This document shows positions 39,247-48,918 of a DNA stretch of 64,000 nucleotides, in pieces. The notes beneath the pieces were generated by a model. That model had not been told where the DNA came from. It searched no databases and worked only from the letters and a program-made list of their open reading frames with translations. The position numbers were made by a program, and so were the translations under genes. This DNA is from Candidatus Bathyarchaeota archaeon (GTDB lineage Archaea > Thermoproteota > Bathyarchaeia > Bathyarchaeales > Bathycorpusculaceae), in the NCBI GenBank assembly GCA_963702095.1, contig OY969706.1:2464001-2528000 (forward strand), read 5' to 3'. Each line of letters begins with the position of its first letter. The stretch's first letter is position 1.

Positions 39247-41322
39247 TTGGAAAAGTACACGCTGATAATAACTGAAAAACCCGATGCAGCCAACCGTATA
39301 GCCACTGCTCTGGACCAAGACGGCAAACCTCAGAAGCTAAACCGAAGCGGCGTCCCCTACTATGTGGCGCATCGAAACGGCTGCATAACGGTTGTTCCCG
39401 CAATCGGACACCTCTACACAATCACCAGCAAACAGAGGGCTAATCGGGATTACCCTGTTTTCGAGTACAAGTGGGTGCCACGCTATGCTGCTGAACGGGG
39501 AGCCTCAAGGATTCGCAGTTGGCTAAAAGTTATCTCTGAATTGGCAAGTGACGCTGAAGCATTTGTTGATGGCTGCGACTACGATATTGAAGGCAGCATC
39601 ATAGGCTACACCATCCTCAAATACGCCTGTAGCGAAAAACAAACCGTTGCTAAACGGATGAAATACTCCACCCTCACCACTGAGGAAATCCAAGAATCCT
39701 ACTCTAACTTGCTGCCGAAACTGGATTTTGCACTTGTCGAAGCCGGGTTAACCCGCCATGAAGTCGACTGGCTCTACGGCATAAACCTCTCCAGAGCCCT
39801 CACCCAAGCAGCAAAAGAGTGCAGTGGACAATACGCCACGCTTAGCACGGGCAGAGTGCAGGGTCCAACCCTTAGATTCTTAGAGGAACGAGAAAAAGAA
39901 ATCCAGACCTTCGTGCCCACACCGTATTGGAGCTTAACCGCAAAAATAAGCATAGGCGACACCGACTTCGATGTGGGTTACGAGAAAACGCTTGACACTT
40001 CAGCGGAGGCAACGGCGTTGCGTGAAGCCTGCAAGACCAAAACAGGCAAAATCGAAACCGTGGAAACCAGCGAGTTCACTGTGGCGCCGCCGGTGCCTTT
40101 TGATTTGGGCGCCTTGCAGAGTGAAGCCTACAGGCTCTTCCACTACACACCCATGCGCACCTCCAACCTACTCCAACACCTCTACCTTGCCGCTTTGATT
40201 TCTTATCCGAGGACCAGCAGCCAAAAACTGCCGCCCTCAATCGGCTACAAAACAATACTAAAAAAACTGGGCAAAGCCTCCGCCTACGCTAAATCCACCT
40301 TTGAACTGCTCTCAAAATCAGATTTAAAGCCCAATGAAGGCAAAAAAATCGATCCAGCTCACCCCGCCATCTACCCCACGGGCAATCTGCCCCAGAAACC
40401 CCTAGACACGGCAGAAAAGAACCTCTTTGACTTGGTGGTTAAACGGTTTTTATCAGTTTTCGGCGAGCCTGCGATACGTCAAAGCGTCAACGTTGCGGTC
40501 AGCCTCAACGGTTACCCCTTTAGGTTTAGCTTGGCGCGGACGCTTATGGAGGGATGGTTTAGGTATTACCGCCCCTATGTACAGGTGAAAGACGATGTTT
40601 TGCCGCCCCTCACGGAAGGAGCCCCAGTCAAAGTTAAGCGTGTCACTGTAAAGGAGCATTTTACTCAGCCATCCCCCAGATACAACCCTCGAAGTCTGCT
40701 CCTGAAAATGGAGAAGGAAGAAATCGGAACCAAAGCCACCCGAGCCTCAACCATCCAAACCCTCCAAGAACGCAAATACATAATGGGAACCGACAAAATA
40801 GTGGTCAGCGACATAGGCTTCGAAGTCACAGAAGTGCTTGAAAGGTACTGTCCAACGGTGGTTTCTTCGGAGATGACGCGGGCGCTGGAGGAAAAAATGG
40901 AGGCTATTCAGCAGGGTAGAGAAACAAAACAGGGCACCCTCCAAAACGCGCTCGAAACCCTAAAACTGGTGACTCAAGAGCTCAAAGCTAACGAGGGGGC
41001 GATTGGAACTCAGCTAACTTCCGCTCTTAGGGAGGCACGGTTGAGGGAGCGTTCGGTTGGGGTTTGCCAAAAATGTGGCAGTGGACAACTGGTTATTCTG
41101 CGCTCAAAAAAATCCGGGAAACGTTTTGTGGGCTGCACAAACTACTTTGGCGGTAAATGCAATGCGGCTTATCCATTGCCTCAAACTGGCATGGTTAAAC
41201 CGTTGGGTTCCGTCTGCAAAACCTGCGGTGCACCGCTCATAGCGGTTTATTCCAAGGGTCGGATGCCTTGGCGGTTCTGTCTAAACCCTGCCTGCCCCTC
41301 GAAAGGAGAGAAGAAAATTTGA
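39247..41322 (+). CDS. topA: Type IA DNA topoisomerase with C-terminal zinc ribbons
   Basis: ITEKP, GHL, DYDIEG, STGRVQGPTL, ISYPRT (catalytic Tyr), HPAIYPT, IGTKATR, CxxC ribbons. Confidence 0.95.
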   Translation: MEKYTLIITEKPDAANRIATALDQDGKPQKLNRSGVPYYVAHRNGCITVVPAIGHLYTITSKQRANRDYPVFEYKWVPRYAAERGASRIRSWLKVISELASDAEAFVDGCDYDIEGSIIGYTILKYACSEKQTVAKRMKYSTLTTEEIQESYSNLLPKLDFALVEAGLTRHEVDWLYGINLSRALTQAAKECSGQYATLSTGRVQGPTLRFLEEREKEIQTFVPTPYWSLTAKISIGDTDFDVGYEKTLDTSAEATALREACKTKTGKIETVETSEFTVAPPVPFDLGALQSEAYRLFHYTPMRTSNLLQHLYLAALISYPRTSSQKLPPSIGYKTILKKLGKASAYAKSTFELLSKSDLKPNEGKKIDPAHPAIYPTGNLPQKPLDTAEKNLFDLVVKRFLSVFGEPAIRQSVNVAVSLNGYPFRFSLARTLMEGWFRYYRPYVQVKDDVLPPLTEGAPVKVKRVTVKEHFTQPSPRYNPRSLLLKMEKEEIGTKATRASTIQTLQERKYIMGTDKIVVSDIGFEVTEVLERYCPTVVSSEMTRALEEKMEAIQQGRETKQGTLQNALETLKLVTQELKANEGAIGTQLTSALREARLRERSVGVCQKCGSGQLVILRSKKSGKRFVGCTNYFGGKCNAAYPLPQTGMVKPLGSVCKTCGAPLIAVYSKGRMPWRFCLNPACPSKGEKKI

Positions 41323-41549
41323 AATGCAAAATCTGTAGCCGTGAGGCACAACAAAACGGTTATTGTATACTTCACAATAGAGCTTACCAAAATATATTGG
41401 ATAAATATAAAACATGGCAGAAAGCATCTGGGGTTACGTGGAACCAGTATTTGGCTGCGGTTCAGAAAAATTCATTAACTGGAGAATGGGCTAAAGAAGT
41501 AGTAAATCAGGTAATTGAGGAAGAGAGCAAAAAATGTCAGGTAAAATAA
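41319..41549 (+). CDS. Small Zn-binding conserved hypothetical protein
   Basis: TTG overlapping the topA stop; CKIC...YCILH, TGEWAKEV. Confidence 0.7.
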   Translation: MKCKICSREAQQNGYCILHNRAYQNILDKYKTWQKASGVTWNQYLAAVQKNSLTGEWAKEVVNQVIEEESKKCQVK

Positions 41550-41956
41550 AGAAAAGCACAGAAGATATGTCCTTTTCGCTAAGCCGATGGTTCCGTAAAT
41601 TATCGACAAACGCACCCTCAACTTCCGTATTAACTGTGGTGCTAATTTCATATGCGATTTTCCTCTTCGGCGGAGGCTTATTCACCCTCATTAACCAGCC
41701 GCTTGCCTCAATCTACGTTAACAACAGATTCTACTTCCTCTACCCAGACATAAGCAACCAATTCGTAGCTGACACCATCATTTCAGCATTCCTTTATGCG
41801 TTGGGTTTTGTGGGTTTATTAGCTATCTATCAAAGCGCGAAGAGCGCCAATAAACCCCGACAGGCATATATGCTGCTAATAGTGGGCATAACTTTCCTGT
41901 TGCTCTCCTACATATTCCTCGAAGGCGCGATTCAGTTCAAAATTAACCCCAGTTAA
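41534..41956 (+). CDS. OSTC/DC2 (OST3/OST6-family) like membrane protein
   Basis: Three TMs; FLFGGGLFTLINQP...QFVADTIISAFLYALGFVGLLAIYQS resembles the eukaryotic DC2 pattern GG.IYD.I.EPP...QYIMEGL.SSFLF..GGLG. Confidence 0.7.
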   Translation: MSGKIKKSTEDMSFSLSRWFRKLSTNAPSTSVLTVVLISYAIFLFGGGLFTLINQPLASIYVNNRFYFLYPDISNQFVADTIISAFLYALGFVGLLAIYQSAKSANKPRQAYMLLIVGITFLLLSYIFLEGAIQFKINPS

Positions 41957-42016
41957 TCAAGCGGTTTTTTCTCCGCTAAAAAATCTTTTTGCTCTATTCT
42001 GTTGAAGATTTTTGTT

Positions 42017-42535
42017 TTACCAGGGATGTTTCTTCAATTTCAACTTGTACGCTAAGTAGTTAGTGAACAAGTGAATCGGCGGCGTAATCAACAGCGCAGT
42101 TAGAGCCACCGGCCAAGTTATACTCAGCAAACCCGTCACGGCTAGGGGAATTGAAAACACAACGGCGCCCACCACAAAGTCAATCTGGTCCACAACAGGC
42201 AGTAAACCGCCTGGGGCAATGTCGAGTCTACGTTTAATGAAGGCGCCTGTTAAGTCGCCGAGTAAGGCGCCCAGCGGAATCAACAAACTAAACAGCACAG
42301 GATAATTGTCGAAGCCGAAAACGAAGCCTTCCACAATGCCCACCAAGAAACCGACGCCCCAGCCGAAGAAGAAGCCGCGGAAAGTTTTGTTGTTGCCGAA
42401 GACACGTTTGCCGTCGATGAAGTTTCTGCCAAAATCCATTTTTGTGCCGCCTCCAGCCAAGACAGGGGTGCCGTTGGCGCAGTAGGCGGGAAAAATGAAT
42501 TTCAGGGCTTCAACTATTAGCAACGCGACATCCAT
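42017..42535 (-). CDS. carS: CDP-archaeol synthase
   Basis: PAYCANGTP, MDFG..F.DG.R.FG.NKTFRG, GALLGDL.GAFIKRR, DQIDF, KKHPW. Confidence 0.93.
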   Translation of the reverse strand: MDVALLIVEALKFIFPAYCANGTPVLAGGGTKMDFGRNFIDGKRVFGNNKTFRGFFFGWGVGFLVGIVEGFVFGFDNYPVLFSLLIPLGALLGDLTGAFIKRRLDIAPGGLLPVVDQIDFVVGAVVFSIPLAVTGLLSITWPVALTALLITPPIHLFTNYLAYKLKLKKHPW

Positions 42536-42548
42536 GGGGTTTCAACCG

Positions 42549-43253
42549 TTAGTTTGGGAATTGTGTATCTCTTATTCCAGTTTCCCCTATTTGTATGTAG
42601 CATACATTTTGCGTTGTTGGCGCGAGTGCTTTTTCGATTGTTGCCTTGATGGTTTGGGGTAACTCGGTGGGTTTGAGGGCGATGATGTTTTCAGCCCAGA
42701 ATTTAAGCACCCGTGTCGCGACCGGCCGTACGCCTGCGTTTTCTTCGCTTATTATGCTGCGGACTTGGCCGGTTAGAACCAGCGGGATCTTTTTGGTTTT
42801 GACTGTCTGCGCCAAAAGAGCTAATTGCCGGTTTAACTCTCGGTTTACGCTAAAAGCCTTGGAGGATTCAGCTGCTTTGGCACTGTAGAGAGAGGTAAAA
42901 GTGTCAATTACGATTAAGCCCACGTTTACAGTGTAATCTTGAATTTGATCGATAAGAGCGGTTTGCTCCCTGAAATCCTTCGGTTTCACCAACACTATTC
43001 GCTCTGCCACAAAATCGAAGCGGTTGCCACAGATTTGAGAGAGCCGTTTAGCAGAGAATGTGTTGTCGCAGTCAACGTAGAGGATTTTGCTGCCTTGAAG
43101 CGCACAGTTGGCGGCGCATTGCATAGCCAGTGTGGATTTACCCGTTTCGGGTTCACCATAGATTAAGGTAACAGTTTGCAGGTTGATGCCCCCACCTAAA
43201 GCTGCGTCGATACATTTGGAGCCCGTTGAGATTTCTGGCATGTTTTCACTCAA
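42549..43253 (-). CDS. radB: DNA repair protein RadB
   Basis: ISTGSKCIDAALGGG, Walker A GEPETGKS, YVD, IVIDT; short RecA core without the RadA N-domain. Confidence 0.85.
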   Translation of the reverse strand: MSENMPEISTGSKCIDAALGGGINLQTVTLIYGEPETGKSTLAMQCAANCALQGSKILYVDCDNTFSAKRLSQICGNRFDFVAERIVLVKPKDFREQTALIDQIQDYTVNVGLIVIDTFTSLYSAKAAESSKAFSVNRELNRQLALLAQTVKTKKIPLVLTGQVRSIISEENAGVRPVATRVLKFWAENIIALKPTELPQTIKATIEKALAPTTQNVCYIQIGETGIRDTQFPN

Positions 43254-43313
43254 GGATTATTAACTTGATGATAGATATTGTGTTTTGCACTTAAACGTTT
43301 AAGGATTGATTTA

Positions 43314-43973
43314 TTGAAAGAAAAAGTTGCAGTTGCAACAGTGCAGGGCAAAGCCTACTTTCTCATAGTCAATATGCTAAGAGAATGCGACATCCCCTTT
43401 GTCAGTGTGGTTCCAGGTGAACCCGTTTCATCCAAGGTTAAGCTTGCCATCACCACTCCAGAGGAACAGCCCAAAGTGGCGTTTGAGAGGGTTCTGGTGT
43501 TTAATGGACAGGAATCGGAGCTGGAGGGGTTAGCGGACGAAGTCAAAAAGCAACTGCTGGGCAAGGAAGCATATGAAAAAGTCGTCATCGGCGTCGACCC
43601 AGGCGCAGCCATAGGATTAGCAGTTATTGCCGACGGCAAAATCATCGAAGAAAACAACTGCTACAGCAGCCACGAATTAATCACCAGCATCCAAAAATGT
43701 CTAAAACTCATCAATTTCCAAATCACCTCGGTAACCGTGAAAATTGGCAACGGCACCCCAGTTTACCATGAATTGCTCGAAGATTTAGATTACGCGTTGC
43801 CGGCGGAAGTAGTTTTGGAGGTAGTTGGAGAAGCTGGAACCAACCGTCCCTTAAAAGAAAATCGACATAGCCGCAAAATTAGACATATTTCTTCAGCTAT
43901 ACATATAGCTGGGCGAGTGGGAAGTTGTGTGCATAGGAGAAAAGCGATTGCGGCAAACAGTCCAACCCAATAA
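43314..43973 (+). CDS. Conserved hypothetical protein with RNase H-like (YqgF/RuvC-type) domain
   Basis: VVIGVDPG..IGLAVIADG, VKIGNG, VVGEAGT, SAIHIA. Confidence 0.65.
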   Translation: MKEKVAVATVQGKAYFLIVNMLRECDIPFVSVVPGEPVSSKVKLAITTPEEQPKVAFERVLVFNGQESELEGLADEVKKQLLGKEAYEKVVIGVDPGAAIGLAVIADGKIIEENNCYSSHELITSIQKCLKLINFQITSVTVKIGNGTPVYHELLEDLDYALPAEVVLEVVGEAGTNRPLKENRHSRKIRHISSAIHIAGRVGSCVHRRKAIAANSPTQ

Positions 43974-45033
43974 GACCTTGCTAGTGGATGGCCCAGCTTC
44001 AGTTGAGTTGGTTTCTGGAAAGGTAGAAGTGTTCGCTAACCCCCTAAAAGAAAATCAGCGGATTTTAGTTCGAGAGGGCAAGCGGTTGCCGTTCTATGCC
44101 GTAGAGTCGTCGGTGCTTGAGGTTTTGTTGGGCGCCAATGCATCTGTTAAGGAGGTTGAGGGCAGCACGGTTCCTGAGTCTTGGATGAAACCCGTCCAGA
44201 CAGTGTTGGGATTGACTAAGCGCCCCGTGGTCATAATGGTTTTGGGTGCGGCTGATTCGGGTAAAAGCAGCTTCTGTACCTACATGGTTAACAAGTTGGT
44301 TGAAGCCAAAGGCAAGGTCGCCATTTTGGATGGGGACTTGGGGCAATCTGACATAGGACCCTCTGGAAGCGTGGGTTACGCAGTTGCCTCCAGGCCGATA
44401 ACTGAACTGTATAATATGAGGCTGCAGAACGGATACTTTGTCGGTGTGACTTCGCCGGTGAGAGCTATTGACCAATCTGTTAAAGGCTTGCATGATATGA
44501 TGAATGAAGCTCAGCAGCAGGTTGATTGTATCTTAGTTAACACAGATGGCTTTGTCAGCGGAGAATTAGCCATCAACTACAAGCTTACGATAATTAAAGA
44601 CCTTAAACCCGACGTGGTCGTGGGCGTGCAGGCAAAAGATGAGTTGGAGACTTTAATGTCCTATTTAGGCGGAGGCGGAGTAATGACCGTTGAACCCTCA
44701 ACCGCTTTGAGCCCCCGCAGCGAGGAAAAACGTCGAATCCTCCGAGAAATGACCTACAGCAAATACCTCAAAAAATCCAAACTCCAAAGCTACCCCCTAA
44801 GCCAAATCACCGTTGAACCCCGAAACGCAGTGCCCAAAAAACAGGAGCCTGACAAAGGAGTCCTCGTCGGCTTATACGGGCGCGGCACCAAGTTTTTAGG
44901 CATCGGCGTCCTTCGGGCAATAAACTCTGAAAGGAAAACCCTGAAGGTTGAGACTTCTGTTTCAGCAAAACCTCTGCGAGTGGTTATTGGCAAAGTGCTT
45001 TTGAACCGTAAGCTGCAGGAAGCTCAGGATTGA
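43948..45033 (+). CDS. Clp1/Nol9(Grc3)-family polynucleotide 5'-kinase
   Basis: GAADSGKS, DGDLGQSDIGP, VNTDGFV, RS.EKRR.LRE lid; N-terminal beta domain (LLVDGPASVELVSG). Confidence 0.88.
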   Translation: MRQTVQPNKTLLVDGPASVELVSGKVEVFANPLKENQRILVREGKRLPFYAVESSVLEVLLGANASVKEVEGSTVPESWMKPVQTVLGLTKRPVVIMVLGAADSGKSSFCTYMVNKLVEAKGKVAILDGDLGQSDIGPSGSVGYAVASRPITELYNMRLQNGYFVGVTSPVRAIDQSVKGLHDMMNEAQQQVDCILVNTDGFVSGELAINYKLTIIKDLKPDVVVGVQAKDELETLMSYLGGGGVMTVEPSTALSPRSEEKRRILREMTYSKYLKKSKLQSYPLSQITVEPRNAVPKKQEPDKGVLVGLYGRGTKFLGIGVLRAINSERKTLKVETSVSAKPLRVVIGKVLLNRKLQEAQD

Positions 45034-46988
45034 TTGGTAAAAAAATTGCGGACCGCCTGAGCTAAGACGCCTGGCTTGTTTTCTAGGGACTTCATTGCGC
45101 TTGTTATCCATGTTGGCAGGAAGCCTTTGCAGTAGGCGGTTCCAAAGCGGTAATCCAAGAATATTATGGCTCCTTTATCGTCGAGGGTACGTATGGGTCT
45201 GCCTGCTGCCTGCGACGCCTTCTTCATAGCCGGCAAAACATAGCCGTATTCGCGCCCGTGTCCCGGGAAGCAATGTTCGTAGTAGTCGATTTGCGCTTTA
45301 ACTCGGGGCGTGGGCTCAGCATAGGGGACACCGACCACGACAACCGAGTTCATTTGGTTGCCCGGGAAATCCACACCCTCGGAGGTCCGCCCGCCCTGCA
45401 CGCCCAAGAAAACTGCGCCGCCTCGCTCGCCGCATGCCTTGAAATCCTGCACTATCTTCTCGTTGACTTTGGAGGTCATGCCGCTTTTCTCGTGGTAAAG
45501 CGGTTTTAGCAGGTGCTGTTCAAGTCCCTCGGCGAGCAATGCGTTTAGGACTTGGAAGCTCGCAGCGAAGATGCCTGTGTTGGTTGGGGTGCTGTTGACG
45601 ACTTCGTTTATGCGGTCAATCATTATCTGGTACATTTGGGGGGTGCGCTTCTCCATCGACGTGGTGACGCCTAAGACGACGGCGGAGAAAACATGTTCTC
45701 TGGGAAACGGTGAAGGCGCGAGATAATGCACGGTGCTCTGGGGGAGCTTGGTGATGCGTGCGTAGGCTTCCAATGGCTGCAGAGTGCCAGACATGATTAC
45801 GTTGGCGTAGGTGGCTGAGAAGACTGGTTCAGTGATTTTAGCGGGATCCAAAGCGACGATTTCTAGTTTACCGGTTTTGCTGTTTTCTTTGTTGAAGTAT
45901 TTGCTTGCAACGTTAATGTAGGAGTCGTCTTCTACTGTGTCAATCCATTTCTGGAGGTACTCGCCCACGGCGTTGACGTAGCTGCGGGGGTTTTTGCCCT
46001 CAGAAAGCATTGCTTTTTTGATGGCAACGCCTGCCTCGTGGATGTGCGTGAAGAATTCTCGGGGTTTAGTGATGTTGCCTTGTTTCTCGATGATTTCGGT
46101 GATTCGGCTGGGGGAGATGACTTCTTCTTTGCGGATTTGGTCGGTTAACTTGTCGAGTTCTGTTCGGAAGAAGCGGGTGAAGCCTTCGATGTCTCGGTAC
46201 CCGTATCTGTCTGCTTCCATCTCCGCCTGTTTGAGCACAAAAAGCGTCAGTTGACTGCTTGAAATGTCTATGGCGGTTTCAGGCAGGTTGTGGGCTTCGT
46301 CAACCACTAAAATAATCTTTGACAGGTCAGTTTCGAGGTTCTTAAGAAACATAGTGCGGATAACAGGGTCAAAAACATAGAGGTAGCTCAGCGCTATGAC
46401 TCGTGCGTCTGAGATGGCGCCTTTGACCAGTTCGTAGGCACAGAGTTCTTTTTTCTTGCAGGCACGCAGAATTTCGGAGCCCATGTAGGGGCGCCTTGCG
46501 ACTTCCTGCTGCATCGACAGGTACTCATAGGTCCGATTTTCCACGTTGGCGTAGTAGGGGCAGCGGCTTTTGGCTTTTAGGAGTTCACAGACTTCCATGA
46601 GTGATTTGGAGTCAAACGCGCCTTTGGAGGCGGAGAGGTTGAGGCACATTTCGTTGCGTCCGCGGATGGAAACGCCAGTGACTGGGCGGCGCTTGTAGAC
46701 GGCGCGGAGTTCTTCTATGACACGGTCGTGTTGGCGGTGGGTTCGGGCAACGTAGAGGATTTTGAGGTTTTTCTTCATAGCCACCGGCAGGCATGCGGAG
46801 AGGGCCGAGATGGTTTTGCCTAAGCCGTTGGCGCCTTCTATGAGGACGCTTTTGCGGTCGTTGACGGCTTGGTTAACAGTGGTTATGAAACCGTCTTGGT
46901 GGGGACGGGGGCTACCATAGGGGAAGTATTCGAGGACTTCAGCAGGCAGCTTTAGCCCAGTAGAGTTCGCAGTCGCGTTGGTACTCAT
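45024..46988 (-). CDS. xpd: XPD/Rad3-family Fe-S DNA helicase
   Basis: RPHQ Q-motif, GLGKT, Fe-S cysteines (GRNEMC, C, CAY), DEAH, SGTL, SEGVDF, QAAGRPIR. Confidence 0.92.
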   Translation of the reverse strand: MSTNATANSTGLKLPAEVLEYFPYGSPRPHQDGFITTVNQAVNDRKSVLIEGANGLGKTISALSACLPVAMKKNLKILYVARTHRQHDRVIEELRAVYKRRPVTGVSIRGRNEMCLNLSASKGAFDSKSLMEVCELLKAKSRCPYYANVENRTYEYLSMQQEVARRPYMGSEILRACKKKELCAYELVKGAISDARVIALSYLYVFDPVIRTMFLKNLETDLSKIILVVDEAHNLPETAIDISSSQLTLFVLKQAEMEADRYGYRDIEGFTRFFRTELDKLTDQIRKEEVISPSRITEIIEKQGNITKPREFFTHIHEAGVAIKKAMLSEGKNPRSYVNAVGEYLQKWIDTVEDDSYINVASKYFNKENSKTGKLEIVALDPAKITEPVFSATYANVIMSGTLQPLEAYARITKLPQSTVHYLAPSPFPREHVFSAVVLGVTTSMEKRTPQMYQIMIDRINEVVNSTPTNTGIFAASFQVLNALLAEGLEQHLLKPLYHEKSGMTSKVNEKIVQDFKACGERGGAVFLGVQGGRTSEGVDFPGNQMNSVVVVGVPYAEPTPRVKAQIDYYEHCFPGHGREYGYVLPAMKKASQAAGRPIRTLDDKGAIIFLDYRFGTAYCKGFLPTWITSAMKSLENKPGVLAQAVRNFFTNQS

Positions 46989-47710
46989 GCTGAAACCCCC
47001 TTAGATGGGCAGAGGCTGTTCACTGGGCAACTTTGGCAGAGGGTTTTTTGGGCTCTGCAGTACTTGCGTCCCAACGCAATCAACAACAAATGCACCGAAA
47101 GGTAATCCTTAGGGTCAAAAAACGATTGCAAACTAACCCGTACAGTCTCATAATCGCCCCTTGCAGGCGCCAGTCCAAGCCGCTTCGAAACCCGATTCAC
47201 ATGCGTATCCACCGGCACCGTGGGCTTGTTTGCACAGAAAAGCAGCACCACATCGGCGGTTTTAGGACCGACGCCCTGCATTGCCATAAGTGCCTTGCGA
47301 GCTTCCTCCACTGGCAGAGCTATTACTGTGTCGAGTGTTCCCCCGTAAGTTTCAAGGATGACTTTGGCGGCGTTCTGGATTGCCCTAGCCTTACTTTGCC
47401 ACAACCCGCCGATTCGGATGCACTCTTCAATCTGGCTTATCGGCGCAGACTCGAGGGCTTGGGGGGTTATCGGATACTTTTCTTGGAGTTTATGGAAGGC
47501 GCGTTCGGTGTTGGTGTCGGCAGTGTTCTGGGAAATAATTGTGACAACTAAGGTTTCAAACGGGTCCGCGCAGGCTTTGACGAGGCGGGGCAGCTTTAGC
47601 GTTTCTTTCAAGGTTGCCAGAATTGCCGCTGAGTTGAGTTGTGTTTCCGTTTCCCTTCGCCCCGACTTTGGAATACAGCCAATATTGCTTGTTCTGGCTA
47701 TAAATACCAT
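46985..47710 (-). CDS. nth: Endonuclease III
   Basis: PFETLV.TIISQ, GVGPKTA, VDTHV.R, C-terminal CxxxxxxCxxCxxxxxC. Confidence 0.93.
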   Translation of the reverse strand: MVFIARTSNIGCIPKSGRRETETQLNSAAILATLKETLKLPRLVKACADPFETLVVTIISQNTADTNTERAFHKLQEKYPITPQALESAPISQIEECIRIGGLWQSKARAIQNAAKVILETYGGTLDTVIALPVEEARKALMAMQGVGPKTADVVLLFCANKPTVPVDTHVNRVSKRLGLAPARGDYETVRVSLQSFFDPKDYLSVHLLLIALGRKYCRAQKTLCQSCPVNSLCPSKGVSA

Positions 47711-47759
47711 CTTAACAGGAAAAAGGAAAACTCGATTAGAATATTTAAGTAAAAGCCTG

Positions 47760-48170
47760 CTATGGAGCTTCCTTTCTGGCGTTGAAGTAGCTGAATAGGA
47801 ATAAAGCGGTTAGTACACATTGAATCACCAAGCTCGGCATGACGGATTGGAATGGAATCAACTCCGTTGCGGCTGCGTAAACGTTGTTTGCAGCCAAACC
47901 GAAAATCACAGGGAAGACGGTTAAGAGCAGTATGCCTTTGCGTTCGAGGGGTTTTCTGTCAGCCCAAACCAGCAGCCCAGTCCAAGCCCACATCAACGCG
48001 CTCGCTATTACGAGTGCAAAGTTGAGTGTGGCGTTGGGAATGTAGCCGGTTAAGCCGTTGAAGTATGCCCAGAAATCTGGCAGAAGAAGCTGAATAGCAA
48101 CCACTCCGTCTATGACAGCGCCAAGCCAGAAGCTAACCCGTAGAAGGAGGATGCGTTGCCGCCTGTTCAT
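47760..48170 (-). CDS. Hypothetical four-TM membrane protein
   Basis: GAVIDG, ASALMWAWT.LL.WADRKP.ER; hydrophobic; overlaps the upstream gene by 4 nt. Confidence 0.7.
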   Translation of the reverse strand: MNRRQRILLLRVSFWLGAVIDGVVAIQLLLPDFWAYFNGLTGYIPNATLNFALVIASALMWAWTGLLVWADRKPLERKGILLLTVFPVIFGLAANNVYAAATELIPFQSVMPSLVIQCVLTALFLFSYFNARKEAP

Positions 48171-48430
48171 GCTCTTGGCTCTGCTGCGAATCTGCTTGTG
48201 AAAGCGTCCTTAACCGTGTAGGTCAGGTTGTTTTTTAGGTCTTGGTAGCAGAAGCTTAAGCGTTTTGCGTCCTCTCTGGACATGCCTGCAGCCTGCATCT
48301 GCTTCTCAAACGCACGCCGTGTCTTGCGCACTCTGGTGCCCAACGTCAGGTATGCCCAGAGCAGGCTGAGCACCAGAAGCGAAATATGAGGAGTCGCCTT
48401 AACCAGCGACTTCACGAATGGGGCGCTCAT
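48167..48430 (-). CDS. Hypothetical membrane-anchored protein
   Basis: N-terminal TM then RKTRRAFEKQM..AGMSREDAKRL; GGGTGA upstream. Confidence 0.65.
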   Translation of the reverse strand: MSAPFVKSLVKATPHISLLVLSLLWAYLTLGTRVRKTRRAFEKQMQAAGMSREDAKRLSFCYQDLKNNLTYTVKDAFTSRFAAEPRA

Positions 48431-48461
48431 TGCGGTTCACCCTAAGGATACAGGAGAAGGT

Positions 48462-48824
48462 TTACTCCTGTTCCTCTTCTTTTTCTTTGATTTTTTGGTG
48501 GATGCGTTCTTTTATGTGGTCGCTGAAGTCGTCGCCGTGTCCGAAGCCGCCTCTGCCCATGTTTCGCATCATGTCGCCTAAGCTAGTGAAGGTCCGCATG
48601 TACTCTTCAGTGAGTTTCACTGCTACCGCGTCTGGTAAGCCGCCGTTTTTGAGTTCAGTGTAGTAGGCTGCTGCTGCTTTGCCCATGTTGCGTCCTGCTT
48701 CCTCACTGAAAATCGAGGAGAGAATGCTTTTTATCATGGAGGGAATTTCGGTGGAGACTACTCCGAGGATTTCTTTGATGGTTTCTGCATCCATTTCTTT
48801 GTCCATTTTTCCGTTGTGTGCCAT
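48462..48824 (-). CDS. Conserved hypothetical helical protein
   Basis: GAGGTGA upstream of ATG 48824; EAGRNMGKAAAAYYTELK.GGLP. Confidence 0.7.
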   Translation of the reverse strand: MAHNGKMDKEMDAETIKEILGVVSTEIPSMIKSILSSIFSEEAGRNMGKAAAAYYTELKNGGLPDAVAVKLTEEYMRTFTSLGDMMRNMGRGGFGHGDDFSDHIKERIHQKIKEKEEEQE

Positions 48825-48853
48825 TTTCAGTTCACCTCTAAATCCATTAGGGG

Positions 48854-48904
48854 TGGTCACTGTAGTTAGGGGTTCTGTGCAAAAGTGACCAGCCGACTGG
48901 TCAG
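48854..48904. promoter_or_regulatory. Operator-like element, copy 1
   Basis: TGGTCACT-N22-AGTGACCA perfect inverted repeat followed by GGTCAG; duplicated at 49474-49523. Confidence 0.6.
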
Positions 48905-48918
48905 CGAAACACCAAAAA

